Below are positions 1-14,814 of a stretch of 35,326 nucleotides of DNA, piece by piece. Source of the DNA: a virus (lineage: Duplodnaviria; Heunggongvirae; Uroviricota; Caudoviricetes); IMG/VR virus record IMGVR_UViG_2778261588_000004, positions 1-35,326 of that record. One strand, given 5' to 3'. Every line of letters starts with the position of its first letter. Position 1 is the stretch's first letter. The notes beneath the pieces are model-generated. The model saw only the letters and a list, made by a program, of their open reading frames with translations, was not told where the DNA came from and made no database searches. Both the position numbers and the translations under genes were made by a program.

Positions 1-360
1 GTTGACGAAGTTCACCGCATCCAGAAAACGGGCGTAAACCTTACGCCGGACCACCGTTCCGCCGACCAGACTCTGCATATCTTCCGCCATCCCGGTGACC
101 ATACCGTACAGGTTAGAGACCGTCAGTGTCGGACGGGCAGCACTGCCCTTGCCGTTCAGTTCAAATCCCGTCCCCTGAATGGGATACGGCTGATACTGTC
201 GCCCCTGCCAGGTGACCGGCTCACCTTTTTCGTTCTGCTCATTACAGAAAAAATAACGTTCTCCACCGACCTCTGTCAGATCGATTTCCCAGAGCACCAC
301 GCTGGCCGACTGCTCCGCACGGGTGCATTCATTCAGTGTTTCCTGCCGGATATCCTGCAT
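1..360 (-). CDS. L: Minor tail protein L, N-terminal part; gene continues beyond window start
   Basis: Reverse complement of 300-360 translates MQDIRQETLNECTRAEQSASVVLWEIDL..., matching lambda L as remembered; ATG at 360..358 overlaps the M stop by 1 nt; no stop before position 1. Confidence 0.85.
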   Translation of the reverse strand, partial: MQDIRQETLNECTRAEQSASVVLWEIDLTEVGGERYFFCNEQNEKGEPVTWQGRQYQPYPIQGTGFELNGKGSAARPTLTVSNLYGMVTGMAEDMQSLVGGTVVRRKVYARFLDAVNFVN

Positions 361-689
361 CAGTTCACCACCTGTTTAAACTCTGCGCTGAACTCAACAC
401 GCAACATACTGACCTGCGACGACCATTTTGCGCAGGTCACCTTTATCTGCCTGTAACCATAAGGCGGCGTCCACAGAAAGGCCTTCCAGCCTCCGTGCTC
501 TGCCAGAAACGACTCCAGCGCCGTGGCCTCCTCACGGGAGACAGACAGCGTCACGCTGTACGTTTTCAGGTCAGCGTTCAGCCCGGCAGGCGCACGCTGG
601 GAATAGCCATCACCAAAGCGCACCTCCCTGACGGAAGGAGCCGATGTCACATCCATCCCGGGTTTCACTTTCCAGCGGAAGGTTTTCAT
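360..689 (-). CDS. M: Minor tail protein M
   Basis: 109-aa ORF, same length as lambda M; ATGA overlap with H stop; sits between L and H as in lambda. Confidence 0.88.
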   Translation of the reverse strand: MKTFRWKVKPGMDVTSAPSVREVRFGDGYSQRAPAGLNADLKTYSVTLSVSREEATALESFLAEHGGWKAFLWTPPYGYRQIKVTCAKWSSQVSMLRVEFSAEFKQVVN

Positions 690-3241
690 CGTCCACCTCC
701 GGAGAACAGACCACCATCGCGCATCTGCCCGGTCACAACATCCATTGCCGCCTTACGGGCTACGTCATAAACAGCCTTCAGCGCCTGTGGCCCTATCTGC
801 CCGTTCGTGCCGTCGTTGTTAATCACCACATGGTTATTCTGCTCAAACGTCCCGGACGCCTGCGACCGGCTGTCTGCCATGCTGCCCGGTGTACCGACAT
901 AACCGCCGGTGGCATAGCCGCGCATCAGCCGGTAAAGATTCCCCACGCCAATCCGGCTGGTTGCCTCCTTCGTGAAGACAAACTCACCACGGTGAACAAT
1001 CCCCGCTGGCTCATATTTGCCGCCGGTTCCCGTAAACCCTCCGGTTGCAAAATGGAATTTCGCCGCAGCGGCCTGAATGGCTGTACCGCCTGACGCGGAC
1101 GCGCCGCCACCAACAGCCCCGCCAATGGCGCTGCCGATACTCCCGACAATCCCCACCATTGCCTGCTTAAGCAGAATTTCTGTCATCATGGACAGCACGG
1201 AACGGGTGAAGCTGCGCCAGTTCTGCTCACTGCCGGTCAGCATCGCCGCCATATTCTGTGCAATACCATCAAAGGTCTGCGTGGCAGCACTTTTAACCTG
1301 CGACATACTGTCCGTGGCGCTCTCTTCCCACTCACTCCAGCCGGACTTCAGGCCTGCCATCCAGCTCCCGCGAAGCTGGTCTTCAGCCGCCCAGGTCTTT
1401 TTCTGCTCTGACATGACGTTATTCAGCGCCAGCGGATTATCGCCATACTGTTCCTTCAGGCGCTGTTCCGTGGCTTCCCGCGCTGCCTGCCGGTCAGTCA
1501 GCCCCCGTTTTTTTGCATCAATGGCGGCCCGTTTTGCCCGTTGTTGCTGTGCGAACTTATCCGCCTGCTGCGCCAGCGCGTTCAGGTGCTCCTGATAGGT
1601 GACCTTGTCGCCAAGTACAGCCAGCTGGCGTTTGTACTCCAGCGTCTCGTCTTTATGCGCCAGCAGGGATTTCTCCTGTGCGGACAGCTGGCGACGTTGT
1701 GCCGCCTCCTCCAGTACCGCGAACTGACTTTCTGCCTTCCACAAATCCCGGCGCTGCTGGCTGATTTTCTCATTCGCTCCGGCATGCTTCTCCAGCGTCC
1801 GGAGTTCTGCCTGAAGCGTCAGCAGGGCAGCATGAGCACTGTCTTCCTGACGATCGCCCGCAGACACCTTCACGCCTTTCGGCTTTTTCAGCGTCGCTTC
1901 ATAGTCCTTTTTCGCCGCCGCCATCAGCGTGTTGTAATCTGCCTGCAGAATTTTCCCGTCCTTCAGTGCCTTGTTCAGTTCTTCCTGACGGGCGGTATAT
2001 TTCTCCAGCGGCGTCTGCAGCCGTTCGTAAGCCTTCTGCGCCTCTTCGGTATATTTCAGCCGTGACGCTTCGGTATCGCTCTGCTGCTGCGCATTTTTGT
2101 CCTGTTGACTCTGCTGCTCAGCCTTCTTTCGGGCGGCTTCAAGCGCAAGACGGGCCTTTTCACGATCATCCCAGTAACGCGCCCGCGCTTCATCGTTAAC
2201 AAAATAATCATCCTTGCGCAGATTCCAGATGTCGTCTGCTTTCTTAAACGCAGCCTCTGCCTTAATCAGCATCTCCTGAGCGGTATCAGGACGACCAATA
2301 TCCAGCACCGCATCCCACATGGATTTGAATGCCCGTGCTGTCCTGTCTGCCCAGGTTTCCAGCGTGCCCATGTTCTCTTTCAGGCGTCGGGTCTGGTCAT
2401 CAAACCCTTTCGTTGCGGCCTCGTTCGCCGCCTGCAATGCCCCGGCTTCATCGCCGGAACGCTGCAACTGAGCAACATACGCAATCTGCTCCGCCGTCAC
2501 GTTATGGAACTGGCGTGCCATCGCCGTCAGCCCCGACGTCGGGTCTGTGGTCAGCTTCCCGAAGGCTTCAGCGACCTTGTCCACCTCCACGCCGGATGCA
2601 GAGGAGAAACGCGCCACACTCTGGCTGATGGACGCAATCTGAGCCTCACCGCTTACCCCCGCCTTAACCAGTGCGCTGAGTGACTCGCTGGTCTGGTTAA
2701 ACGTCAGCCCTGCCGCCTGCCCGGCTCTGGACAGGACCAGCATACGATCTGCCGTCAGTCCCGCCTGATTGCCGGAAAGGACCAGCGTTTTGTTGAAATC
2801 GGACAGGGTTGAGTTGCCCTGATACCAGGCATACGCCAGCGCTCCGGTCGCCACCGCCAGCGAGGTGGCCCCCACCATCGGCAGGGTGATCGCACCGGCA
2901 AGCCCCCGGAACATGGGGATCATCCCGCCGAAGGAGTCCTTCACCTGCCCCCCCTGTTGCAGCAGGATCAGCCACGGACTTTGCCCGCCTGCAAGCTGCG
3001 TGGCCACGTCAGTGAACTGCGCAGGCAGCATACGCATGGCGGCTTTATACTGCCCGACGGAAATTCCCGCTTTCTGTGCAGCCAGCGCCTGCCGGTTCAT
3101 CGACTGTTCAACGACTGCCGCTGTTTTTTTCGCATCACTTTCCGTACCGGAAAAATGACGCCTGACTCTGGCCATCTGCTCGTCAAATCTGGCCGCATCC
3201 AGACTCAAATCAACGACCAGATCGCCTACCGGTTCAGCCAT
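686..3241 (-). CDS. H: Tail tape measure protein
   Basis: 851-aa ORF, Ala/Gln-rich coiled-coil middle, Gly-rich C-terminal region; AGGAGG 8 nt upstream of ATG; lambda H-like position and length. Confidence 0.92.
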   Translation of the reverse strand: MAEPVGDLVVDLSLDAARFDEQMARVRRHFSGTESDAKKTAAVVEQSMNRQALAAQKAGISVGQYKAAMRMLPAQFTDVATQLAGGQSPWLILLQQGGQVKDSFGGMIPMFRGLAGAITLPMVGATSLAVATGALAYAWYQGNSTLSDFNKTLVLSGNQAGLTADRMLVLSRAGQAAGLTFNQTSESLSALVKAGVSGEAQIASISQSVARFSSASGVEVDKVAEAFGKLTTDPTSGLTAMARQFHNVTAEQIAYVAQLQRSGDEAGALQAANEAATKGFDDQTRRLKENMGTLETWADRTARAFKSMWDAVLDIGRPDTAQEMLIKAEAAFKKADDIWNLRKDDYFVNDEARARYWDDREKARLALEAARKKAEQQSQQDKNAQQQSDTEASRLKYTEEAQKAYERLQTPLEKYTARQEELNKALKDGKILQADYNTLMAAAKKDYEATLKKPKGVKVSAGDRQEDSAHAALLTLQAELRTLEKHAGANEKISQQRRDLWKAESQFAVLEEAAQRRQLSAQEKSLLAHKDETLEYKRQLAVLGDKVTYQEHLNALAQQADKFAQQQRAKRAAIDAKKRGLTDRQAAREATEQRLKEQYGDNPLALNNVMSEQKKTWAAEDQLRGSWMAGLKSGWSEWEESATDSMSQVKSAATQTFDGIAQNMAAMLTGSEQNWRSFTRSVLSMMTEILLKQAMVGIVGSIGSAIGGAVGGGASASGGTAIQAAAAKFHFATGGFTGTGGKYEPAGIVHRGEFVFTKEATSRIGVGNLYRLMRGYATGGYVGTPGSMADSRSQASGTFEQNNHVVINNDGTNGQIGPQALKAVYDVARKAAMDVVTGQMRDGGLFSGGGR

Positions 3242-4072
3242 ACCGGACTCCTCCTGCGATCCCTTCTGATACTGTCATCAGCATTACGTCATCCTCCGTC
3301 ATGTCCGCCACATCCGGGGAAGCGGGGATAACTTCATTCCCGTCCGGGCCAAAGCGGACGCCTCCGGCAAGCCCTGCCGCTTTCTGCATCAGCACATCAT
3401 CTTCAGGCTCTTCGTCAGCCTCGCGCCGGTTCAGCAGACTGAAATCCAGCGGATGCATATCCGGATCGCTGAAAAACAGGCTGAGTACGGTGTACGTCAG
3501 CCCGGAAAAGTGCATATCCAGCAGAACATCATGAAAATAATGGGTACTGTAAAAGCGGTGCCAGTCGGCATACTCTGTGGATGACATCCCGGCAAGCATG
3601 GCGCGCCAGTCGGGTCGCCCCATCTCACGCGCCAGTTTCAGGGCAAAACTCAGCTCACCGTCGAACACTTTCCCGCAGAAACAGGCTCTGCTGGCCCGGC
3701 GTCATCTGCCTGTTCAGGTGCATCATTCACAACAAACTCAGACATACCGGACAGACGCATTACCACATTTTCAGCCTGAGCAATTGCCTCTGTGGGCCAG
3801 GTGGTAAGCACTTCCTGCTCAATCTGTTTAACGGCTTCATTCATGGACGGCATCTTTGTCTTCTGCGGATGGCTATGCCACAGGGACATCGCCACCAGAA
3901 AAGCACCGGTTCTGACAAGATCTTCCACGCTCACCTGTCGATTGAGACTGGATCCCGCCTGTTCTGCCTGTCGTTTCAGCAGGGCGAGATGCTCAATTCG
4001 CTGCAGGGCTGACAGTTCAGAAAGCGTGACGCTCACACCGTTATATTCAAATGATTCGGTTTTCAGGAACAT
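3234..4072 (-). CDS. GT: Tail assembly chaperone GT fusion made by programmed -1 ribosomal frameshift
   Basis: Heptamer G GGA AAG (minus sense, plus coords 3674..3668) lies in the G zero frame; the -1 frame stays open to 3234 and its stop overlaps the H start. Confidence 0.8.
3650..4072 (-). CDS. G: Tail assembly chaperone G
   Basis: 140-aa ORF beginning MFLKTESFE... and ending ...PVSAGKCSTVS as lambda G; slippery heptamer at its 3' end. Confidence 0.9.
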   Translation of the reverse strand: MFLKTESFEYNGVSVTLSELSALQRIEHLALLKRQAEQAGSSLNRQVSVEDLVRTGAFLVAMSLWHSHPQKTKMPSMNEAVKQIEQEVLTTWPTEAIAQAENVVMRLSGMSEFVVNDAPEQADDAGPAEPVSAGKCSTVS

Positions 4073-4087
4073 CGCTGACTCTCCGGA

Positions 4088-4828
4088 TTAACTGTCGGTG
4101 ACGGTGATTTCTGCAACCACAGCAAGTTCACCATTACCGGATACAACCGGAATGTTGACCTTGCCTGCAGCAACACCTTTCACGGTGATGGTCATACCAC
4201 TGACCGACACGGTGGCTTTTGTTTTATCCGCAGACACCGCACGGAAGCTCTTGTCGGTTGCGCCTTCCGGCTGGAATGCCACGGTCAGCGTGGTGCTCTG
4301 CCCTTTCACCACCGAAGTGCTGGCAGGCGTCACGGTCATGCCGGTTGCCGCTGTTACCGTGCTGCGATCTTCTGCCATCGACGGACGTCCCACGTTGGTG
4401 ACTTTCACCGTGCGGGTGATCACGTCCTTCGCCGTCACCGCCTTACCGATACTGCTGACCCAGCCGCGGAACACATCGACCGTGCCGTTCGGGAAGCGGA
4501 TTTTATAGGCACGGGTATCCCCTTCATTAAACCACGCCAGCAGCGCCTGCTGCCCCTGCTCTCCGGGCATCCACGCCAGCGTGAAGCTGGTATCTCCGGC
4601 AGATTTCTGCCCCTGCCCGGTCGCAGTCCAGTCCGCATCTTCATCATCGAGATAGCTGTCGTCATAGGACTCAGCGGTCAGTTCGCCGGGCGTCAGGTCT
4701 TTAACTTTAGCCAGACGCGACCAGTCAACGTCTGAAAGCGGGTTCGCATAAGGGTCACCGTTCCCCTTATAAACCCACAGTGTGGTCCCGGCCCCTTTCA
4801 CCGGCATTACTGGATTTGGTACAGGCAT
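4088..4828 (-). CDS. V: Major tail protein V with C-terminal Ig-like domain
   Basis: ORF starts 10 codons upstream, but the lambda V N-terminus MPVPNP... begins at 4828; Thr/Val-rich C-terminal segment typical of the Ig-like domain. Confidence 0.9.
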   Translation of the reverse strand: MPVPNPVMPVKGAGTTLWVYKGNGDPYANPLSDVDWSRLAKVKDLTPGELTAESYDDSYLDDEDADWTATGQGQKSAGDTSFTLAWMPGEQGQQALLAWFNEGDTRAYKIRFPNGTVDVFRGWVSSIGKAVTAKDVITRTVKVTNVGRPSMAEDRSTVTAATGMTVTPASTSVVKGQSTTLTVAFQPEGATDKSFRAVSADKTKATVSVSGMTITVKGVAAGKVNIPVVSGNGELAVVAEITVTDS

Positions 4829-4835
4829 ATCGTCC

Positions 4836-5231
4836 TCACATTTCATAGGTAATGACATAAGTCAGATCGGCTGAACTCCACAGGCCCGCATCATCGTCGC
4901 GCCGGTAGCCATAGCCACTGGCCACCATACTGGTGATCAAATCTGACAGTGCCGGGACATCGCTCATCACCGGATAAATCCGGGACTCCATCCACGAATC
5001 CAGCTCTGAATCCGGCACCTGAGCAGGCAGGAAAACTTCAATATGCAGCTCCGCCTGCCAGGTATCACTGTCCAGCTCTTCGCCCGTGTATTCAGCGCCG
5101 GTGAGATAAACGGCAATTGCCGGAAAATCCGCCTCATCAAAAACAGCGGGGCGACCATCAAAAAGCGTCGCCCCGGTGTCATGCTTCTCCAGTGCATCCA
5201 GTACGGCTGCACGGAGTTCAGTATGTTTCAT
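4836..5231 (-). CDS. U: Tail terminator protein U
   Basis: 131-aa [21 protein letters not shown]..., lambda U-like in length and position. Confidence 0.9.
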   Translation of the reverse strand: MKHTELRAAVLDALEKHDTGATLFDGRPAVFDEADFPAIAVYLTGAEYTGEELDSDTWQAELHIEVFLPAQVPDSELDSWMESRIYPVMSDVPALSDLITSMVASGYGYRRDDDAGLWSSADLTYVITYEM

Positions 5232-5806
5232 CGCTTTATTACCATTCTCAGTTGATGCTGCAGCGCATAGCCCAGCTCTTTCGGAAGACGTTCACGCCGT
5301 ATCCGTTCAATATTCTGTTTAAACGCCGTGGTCAGCGGCACCGCCATCGGGATTTTCACCACATCAATGGGGTAACGGTTTTTCCCGGCCACACGCTGCA
5401 TGACATGCCACCGGCCATTTTTCAGTTGCTGAATAAACGCGCCGGGAATACGACGGTTTCCCACCACAAGCACGCTGCCGCCACCTTTCAGGGATGAACG
5501 CTGCCCCTTTTTACGACGTCTGCGGCGGGAAAGGACAACCCGCGCGTTACCCAGCCTGATTACGGGCAAATCCCCCCGGTTAACCCTGATTCTGGCCTGC
5601 GGATTTTTGACCGTGGCCCTTTTCAGCCTGGCCCTTTCCTTTACCAGTTTCCGGCGTACCTTTGTCTCACGGGCAACCTGTGACGCAGACTGCGATATCG
5701 CGGATGACGCAACGCGGTTAATGGCCATTGCGGCGGCACCAGGCACCGCCGTTTTGCTGATACGGCTGAGGTTTTCAACGGCCTGCTCAAGACCTTTTAT
5801 GGCCAT
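5228..5806 (-). CDS. Z: Tail completion protein Z
   Basis: 192-aa ORF with Arg/Lys-rich middle, lambda Z-like; ATGA overlap with U. Confidence 0.88.
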   Translation of the reverse strand: MAIKGLEQAVENLSRISKTAVPGAAAMAINRVASSAISQSASQVARETKVRRKLVKERARLKRATVKNPQARIRVNRGDLPVIRLGNARVVLSRRRRRKKGQRSSLKGGGSVLVVGNRRIPGAFIQQLKNGRWHVMQRVAGKNRYPIDVVKIPMAVPLTTAFKQNIERIRRERLPKELGYALQHQLRMVIKR

Positions 5807-5817
5807 ACATCCCCCTT

Positions 5818-6171
5818 TCAGCGGCGACGGTTAACGGCAGGCGGTACGCCACGCCCAAGCCAGAGATGACAGCTTCCGCCATCATCCGGCGAAATCCGGT
5901 CCACCCAGAAGTTTTCCTCGCCGATGGTCAGCGTGTCTCCACGCCGCAGCTGCCGCACCTCATCAGTCCGGACAAACAGGGACGGGCTGGAGCCTTCAAC
6001 GCGCACCCCCTGTCCGGCATAGCTGATATTTTCAGGGTCATCAAAAACACCACGTATCACAGCACCGGACAGCTCACCGGATGTCATGGTGGCTGACGTT
6101 CCCATGTACCCGCGTATCGTTTCATCGGCGCGGGCAATGGCAGCATCGAACAGGTTATCGGAATCAGCCAC
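5818..6171 (-). CDS. FII: Head-tail joining protein FII
   Basis: 117-aa ORF MADSDNLFDAAIARADETIRGYMG..., lambda FII-like. Confidence 0.9.
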   Translation of the reverse strand: MADSDNLFDAAIARADETIRGYMGTSATMTSGELSGAVIRGVFDDPENISYAGQGVRVEGSSPSLFVRTDEVRQLRRGDTLTIGEENFWVDRISPDDGGSCHLWLGRGVPPAVNRRR

Positions 6172-6182
6172 AGCGCCTCCCG

Positions 6183-6578
6183 TTATTGCATTCTGGCCAG
6201 GCCATGTTCTGTCATTTCGGCTGCCACACCGGCAGAGACACGAAACGCCGTTCCCGGCAGCACAAATGCCACAGGCTCATCCCGCGTGGCGTGAAGTGCA
6301 TCAGTATGCAGCGTCACCAGTGCCACGACCGTGACCAGAGCAGCCGTATCAATCACGGTATCCGGCTGCGCTGATACCACCTCATTTTCATGTCCGGTCA
6401 GCGCATTTTCCGGGCTGACAGATGTGTCCTGACCGGCAGCGTCATCCGTGTCATCAAGCTCCTCTTCCAGCTCTGCCACACGGAGCACCAGTTCTTCTTT
6501 CGTCCCCGTCAGGCTGACATCACGGTTCAGTTGCTCACCCAGCACCTGAAGACGGGCAATCAGTTCATCTTTCGTCAT
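6183..6578 (-). CDS. FI: DNA packaging protein FI
   Basis: Lambda FI N-terminus MTKDELIARL begins at the internal Met at 6578; the track ORF extends 13 codons upstream. Confidence 0.85.
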   Translation of the reverse strand: MTKDELIARLQVLGEQLNRDVSLTGTKEELVLRVAELEEELDDTDDAAGQDTSVSPENALTGHENEVVSAQPDTVIDTAALVTVVALVTLHTDALHATRDEPVAFVLPGTAFRVSAGVAAEMTEHGLARMQ

Positions 6579-6619
6579 GGACTCCTCCACAGAGAGAAAA
6601 TGGCCCCGAAGGGCCATGA

Positions 6620-7645
6620 TTACGCCAGTTGTACGGACACGAACGCATCAGGATCAGCCAGCAGCATCAGCGGTGCTGACTGAATCATGGTGAACTCACG
6701 CGCCGGATCGCCGGTGGTCACCCAGTTTTTCGGGTAGCGGGCAGAGGCGTTAATACCTTCGCGCTGTGCGTCCGCATCCTGAATGCAGCCATAGGTGCGC
6801 AGACCGCGTGCCTGAGTGTTCCCCAGCACCATCGTGTTGTCCGGCAGGAAGTTCTTTTTGACGTCGTTTTCCACGTACTGTCCGGAATACACGACGATCG
6901 CCGTATCGCCATACATCCCCTTATAGGACACCGCTTCGCCCAGGTCTTTTACCGCTGTCTCCAGCTCGGAATTAGAGCCGCGACGGGTATCCAGCTTCTC
7001 CTTGACGGCTTTGAAGGAACGGAACAGCGCCCAGCCTTTCGGATCAAACACGATGATATTCACCACGCCGCTGGCGTTCAGCGCATAGGCTTCGATATCG
7101 TCGGTCGGGTCATACGTGGACTTGTCACGCTTGCTCCACTCCGTACCACCGGACTGTGTGATGTTGTTCGCCGCACTGCGGCCCATATCCACCTCAACCG
7201 GATCGAAGGCTTCACCGGTCATGGTGTATTTGCCCTTAAGCACAGCAGAAACTGCCTGCATCTCTTCGACCTGAGCAATGGCCAGCTCTTCGTCTCGCAT
7301 GTTCTGCATGATGATGCGACGGCGGCGGTAAGCCGGGTCCGCCAGATTCTGCGGATCTTCATCCGGCAGGCGACGCAGGGTCATCTGCGGATTCACCTCA
7401 TGCTTGGGTTTGACATATCCCGGCGTAAATTCAGAGGTGGAGCCGCCACGGGAACGGATAACCTCACCGGAAACAATCGGCGAAACGTACAGCGCCATGT
7501 TTACCAGTCCCGGAATTTGTGAGAGATAGACTTTCTCCGTGGTGAAGGGATAGCTCTCACGGAAAAAGAGACGCAGAAACAGCGGATCAAACTTAAATTT
7601 CTGCTCATTTGCCGCCAGCAGCTGGGCGGTTGTGTACATCGACAT
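6620..7645 (-). CDS. E: Major capsid protein E
   Basis: Lambda E-like sequence from MSMYTTAQLLAANEQKFKFDPLF... (internal Met at 7645) to ...FVSVQLA. Confidence 0.92.
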   Translation of the reverse strand: MSMYTTAQLLAANEQKFKFDPLFLRLFFRESYPFTTEKVYLSQIPGLVNMALYVSPIVSGEVIRSRGGSTSEFTPGYVKPKHEVNPQMTLRRLPDEDPQNLADPAYRRRRIIMQNMRDEELAIAQVEEMQAVSAVLKGKYTMTGEAFDPVEVDMGRSAANNITQSGGTEWSKRDKSTYDPTDDIEAYALNASGVVNIIVFDPKGWALFRSFKAVKEKLDTRRGSNSELETAVKDLGEAVSYKGMYGDTAIVVYSGQYVENDVKKNFLPDNTMVLGNTQARGLRTYGCIQDADAQREGINASARYPKNWVTTGDPAREFTMIQSAPLMLLADPDAFVSVQLA

Positions 7646-7700
7646 AAAAAAATCCCGTAAAAAAAGCCGCACAGGCGGCCTTTAGTGATGAAGGGTCAGG

Positions 7701-8033
7701 TTAAACGATGCTGATTGCCGTTCCGGCAAACGCGGTCCGTTTTTTCGTCTCGTCGCTGGCAGCCTCCGGCCAGAGCACATCCTCATAACGGAACGTGCCG
7801 GACTTGTAGAACGTCAGTGTGGTGCTGGTCTGGTCAGCAGCAACTGCAAGAATGCCAACGGCAGCACCGTCGGTGGTGCCATCCCACGCAACCAGCTTAC
7901 GGGTGGAGGTGTCCAGCATCAGCGGGGTCATTGCAGGCGCTTTCGCACTCAATACGCCGGGCGCGGTTGCGGTATGAGCCGGGTCACTGTTGCCCAGCGG
8001 CTGGTAATGGGTAAAGGTTTCTTTGCTCGTCAT
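7701..8033 (-). CDS. D: Head decoration protein D
   Basis: [12 protein letters not shown]...TAISIV, lambda D-like, about 110 aa from the Met at 8033. Confidence 0.9.
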   Translation of the reverse strand: MTSKETFTHYQPLGNSDPAHTATAPGVLSAKAPAMTPLMLDTSTRKLVAWDGTTDGAAVGILAVAADQTSTTLTFYKSGTFRYEDVLWPEAASDETKKRTAFAGTAISIV

Positions 8034-8042
8034 AAACATCCC

Positions 8043-9342
8043 TTACACTGGTGTGTTCAGCAAATCGTTAACGGCATCAGATGCCGGGTTACCTGCAGCC
8101 AGCGGCGCCGGTGCCCCCTGCATCAGACGATCCAGCGCAGTGTCACTGCGCGCCTGTGCACTCTGTGGTGCTGCGGCCAGAATACGGCGGGCCGTTTCCA
8201 CGGTCATACCGGGGGTTTCGGCCAGCACGCATGCCTGTTCTTCGCGTCCGTGAGCCTCCTCACAGTTGAGGATCCCCATAATGCGACTGTTTTCTGCCGC
8301 AACCGCTGCGGTGATCTGCGCGTTCACGTCCGGCTGCGCAGCGCTGGCGTTCTCGCCCTCCGTCGCTTGCACCACGCCAGTAACGTCAGCCTGCGAAGCA
8401 GTGGCTGAAACAGTTGTTGATTGAGTCTCTTTGGTCATTCGCCCTCCTGAGAGACGGGATTTACGTGTATCCAGTGCATCACGCATGACGGTGATCGCAT
8501 CGGTACTGTTAACAAGTTCATCAGCCAGTCCGGCATCAATGGCCTCCTGACCGCTGTACACTGCAGCCTCGGTATCCAGCACAGCCTGCACAGACAGGCC
8601 GGTATATGCCGACACTTTCTGCGCAAACATCCGGCGGGTTGCATCCATCCGGGACTGCAATGTTTCCCGGACGTCATCCGGAAGATGGCTGTAGGGGTTG
8701 CCATCCACCTTATGGCTGCCGCTGTAAATCAGCGTGATTTCCACGCCCTGTTTCTCCAGCGCTGCACCGTAATTGCTGTGAGCCATCATGACGCCGATGG
8801 AGCCTGTCCGGGCGGTCTGCGTGACCAGACGCCGGGAAGCGGCACTGGCAAGCAACTGACCTGCACTGCAGTTCATGTCGTTGGCAAGCGCCCATACCGG
8901 TTTTATGTCACGCACACGGGCGATGATGTCAGCGCAGTCAAATGCCCCCGCCACCATCCCGCCGGGCGTGTCCATATCGAGCAGAATGCCGTCCACCATC
9001 GGATCGCTGGCAGCCTGTTGCAGACGGGCGATAATGCCGTTGTAACCGGTCATCCCCGAATACGGCTGCAGCGCCCGCGTCCGGCTGACCAGCGTGCCGG
9101 AAACCGGCAGCACGGCGATGCCGTTCATGACCTGATAACTGCGGGCCTGTCGTGGTCCGTCATCATCACCGGATAACGCCAGCGTCGCGGGTGTCTCCGG
9201 GGCAGTCAGGCTGTCACCGGACACCGCATCTGTCAGGTGGCTGATCCCAAGCTGGCCTGCTAGCGCACAAAAGAAAACCCGCGCATAGGCGGGTTCAAGC
9301 ATCAGCGGCTCATTAAAGGCCATGCTGGCAATATGCGGGAGA

Positions 9343-9362
<20 letters not shown>
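8043..9362 (-). CDS. C: Head protease / scaffold protein C, with nested in-frame Nu3 scaffold
   Basis: Lambda C N-terminus (M)TAELRNLPHIASMAFNEPLM begins at a GTG (plus 9360..9362, cac); 439 codons; S49-type protease region; the start overlaps the end of B as in lambda. Confidence 0.85.
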
Positions 9363-13075
<3,713 letters not shown>

Positions 13076-13752
13076 ATTCCTTCATTTTTTCAGCGGACTC
13101 AACGCATTTATTAGCCCCCTTCGCAACCAGCTCTTTTAGATAAGCCAATTGTCTGCCTGTCAATTCAGGGAATTTTCTTTGCATCGAAAGCGGAATACTG
13201 TCCAAAACAGATGCCAGTTCTCCGGATAACCGGGACAGGGCAAAAATAGAGAAAGCTGTATCAATCACCTTATGCTCTGCAACCTGGTTTTTTAACCGCT
13301 GAGAAATAGCCTGTTCTTCCGTCAGGTTAACCCTGGCCTTAAGTAGCCTTTCCTCAAGATCATTTTCACCACCTGAAGATTTCTGGTTTTGTTGACGTCG
13401 CTCGCGATCTATCTCCAGTACAGTTTTAACGTCATAGAAAACCTCTCTCCCCCGGCGCTCAACAGGAGGAACACCCCATTTATCAAATGCCTGTACTGAG
13501 ATACCGATGGAGGAGGCCATGTCGCTTTTATTCAATAAAAAGGCCACAGTCCCTCCATAAACCACCGGCAAAAAAGCAATACAACAACCACGTTTTTTGT
13601 AAAACCCTCTGATTTTACATGCTTTTTCGTATAAGAAAGATCATCAGGTTGTTGTGTTTATTTTTCTTTCTTATTACTTATCAAGTAGATATATCAAACG
13701 ATAAAACAACAACCATCACCTCAAAAAAACTCGTAAATAGCGAAAACCCGCG

Positions 13753-13764
13753 AGGTCTCCGCCC
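13753..13764 (-). other. cos: cosN cohesive-end sequence (GGGCGGAGACCT on the minus strand)
   Basis: Minus-sense GGGCGGAGACCTCGCGGGTTTTCGCTATTTACGAG matches the lambda left end GGGCGGCGACCTCGCGGGTTTTCGCTATTTATG with one mismatch in the 12-nt overhang; it lies ~190 nt upstream of the Nu1-like gene, and the flank toward 13960 resembles the lambda right end. Confidence 0.75.
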
Positions 13765-13963
13765 CGTAACCTGTCGGATCGCCGGAAAGGACCCGCAAAA
13801 TGATAATAATTATCATCTACATGTCACAACGTGCATCTACGCCATCAAACCACGTCAAATAATCAATTATGACGCAGGTATCGTATTAATTGATCCGCAT
13901 CAACTTAACGTAAAAACAACTTCAGACAATACAAATCAGCGACACTGAATACGGGGCAACCTC

Positions 13964-14158
13964 ATGTCAACGAAGAACAGAACCCGCAGAACAACAACCC
14001 GCAACATCCGCTTTCCTAACCAAATGATTGAACAAATTAACATCGCTCTTGATCAAAAAGGGTCCGGGAATTTCTCAGCCTGGGTCATTGAAGCCTGCCG
14101 TCGGAGGCTAACGTCAGAAAAGAGAGCATATACATCAATTAAAAGTGATGAAGAATGA
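13964..14158 (+). CDS. Small hypothetical protein, YlcI-like (DUF3950-type) by position and size
   Basis: 64-aa ORF MSTKNRTRRTTTRNIRFPNQMIEQINIALDQKG... beside cos, as ylcI sits beside the Nu1 homologue in DLP12; family assignment from memory only. Confidence 0.5.
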   Translation: MSTKNRTRRTTTRNIRFPNQMIEQINIALDQKGSGNFSAWVIEACRRRLTSEKRAYTSIKSDEE

Positions 14159-14322
14159 ACATCCCGCGTTCTTCCCTCCGAACAGGACGATATTGTAAAT
14201 TCACTTAATTACGAGGGCATTGCAGTAATTGAGTTGCAGTTTTACCACTTTCCTGACAGTGACAGACTGCGTGTTGGCTCTGTCACAGGTTAAGTAGTTT
14301 GAATGATTAGCAGTTATGGTGA

Positions 14323-14529
14323 TCAGTCAACCACCAGGGAATAATCCTTCATATTATTATCGTGCTTCACCAACGCTGCCTCAATTGCCCTGAATGCATC
14401 CAGAGACACCTTATGTTCTATACATGCAATTACAACATCAGGGTAACTCATAGAAATGGTGCTATTAAGCATATTTTTTACACGAATCAGATCCACGGAG
14501 GGATCATCAGCAGATTGTTCTTTATTCAT
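14323..14529 (-). CDS. Small hypothetical protein, YbcW-like by position and size
   Basis: 68-aa ORF in an AT-rich stretch between the YlcI-like and YbcV-like genes. Confidence 0.45.
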   Translation of the reverse strand: MNKEQSADDPSVDLIRVKNMLNSTISMSYPDVVIACIEHKVSLDAFRAIEAALVKHDNNMKDYSLVVD

Positions 14530-14814
14530 TTTGTCGCTCCATGCGCTTGCTCTTCATCTAGCGGTTAAAATATTACTTCAAATCTTTCTGTATGAAGATT
14601 TGAGCACGTTGGCCTTACATACATCTGTCGGTTGTATTTCCCTCCAGAATGCCAGCAGGACCGCACTTTGTTACACAACCAATACTATTAATTGAAAACA
14701 TTCCTAATATTTGACATAAATCATCAACAAAACACAAAGAGGTCAGACCAGATTGAAACGATAAAAACGATAATGCAAACTACGCGCCCTCGTATCACAT
14801 GGAAGGTTTTACCA

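Noticed and set aside
1077-3331. Several plus-strand ORFs of 100-250 aa (e.g. 1077..1595, 1541..2065, 2105..2683, 2957..3331) inside the tape measure gene
   Set aside because: They lie antisense within a confidently assigned 851-aa gene and give Cys/Arg/Leu-rich low-complexity translations; shadow ORFs of GC-rich coding DNA.
8685-9176. Plus-strand ORFs antisense to the C and portal genes (e.g. 8685..9176, 10510..10950)
   Set aside because: Same reasoning: antisense to lambda-like structural genes, no RBS, implausible composition.
13619-13948. 109-aa plus-strand ORF spanning the cos region
   Set aside because: Covers cosN and the lambda-like end sequences, which are non-coding in lambda; AT-rich with no RBS.
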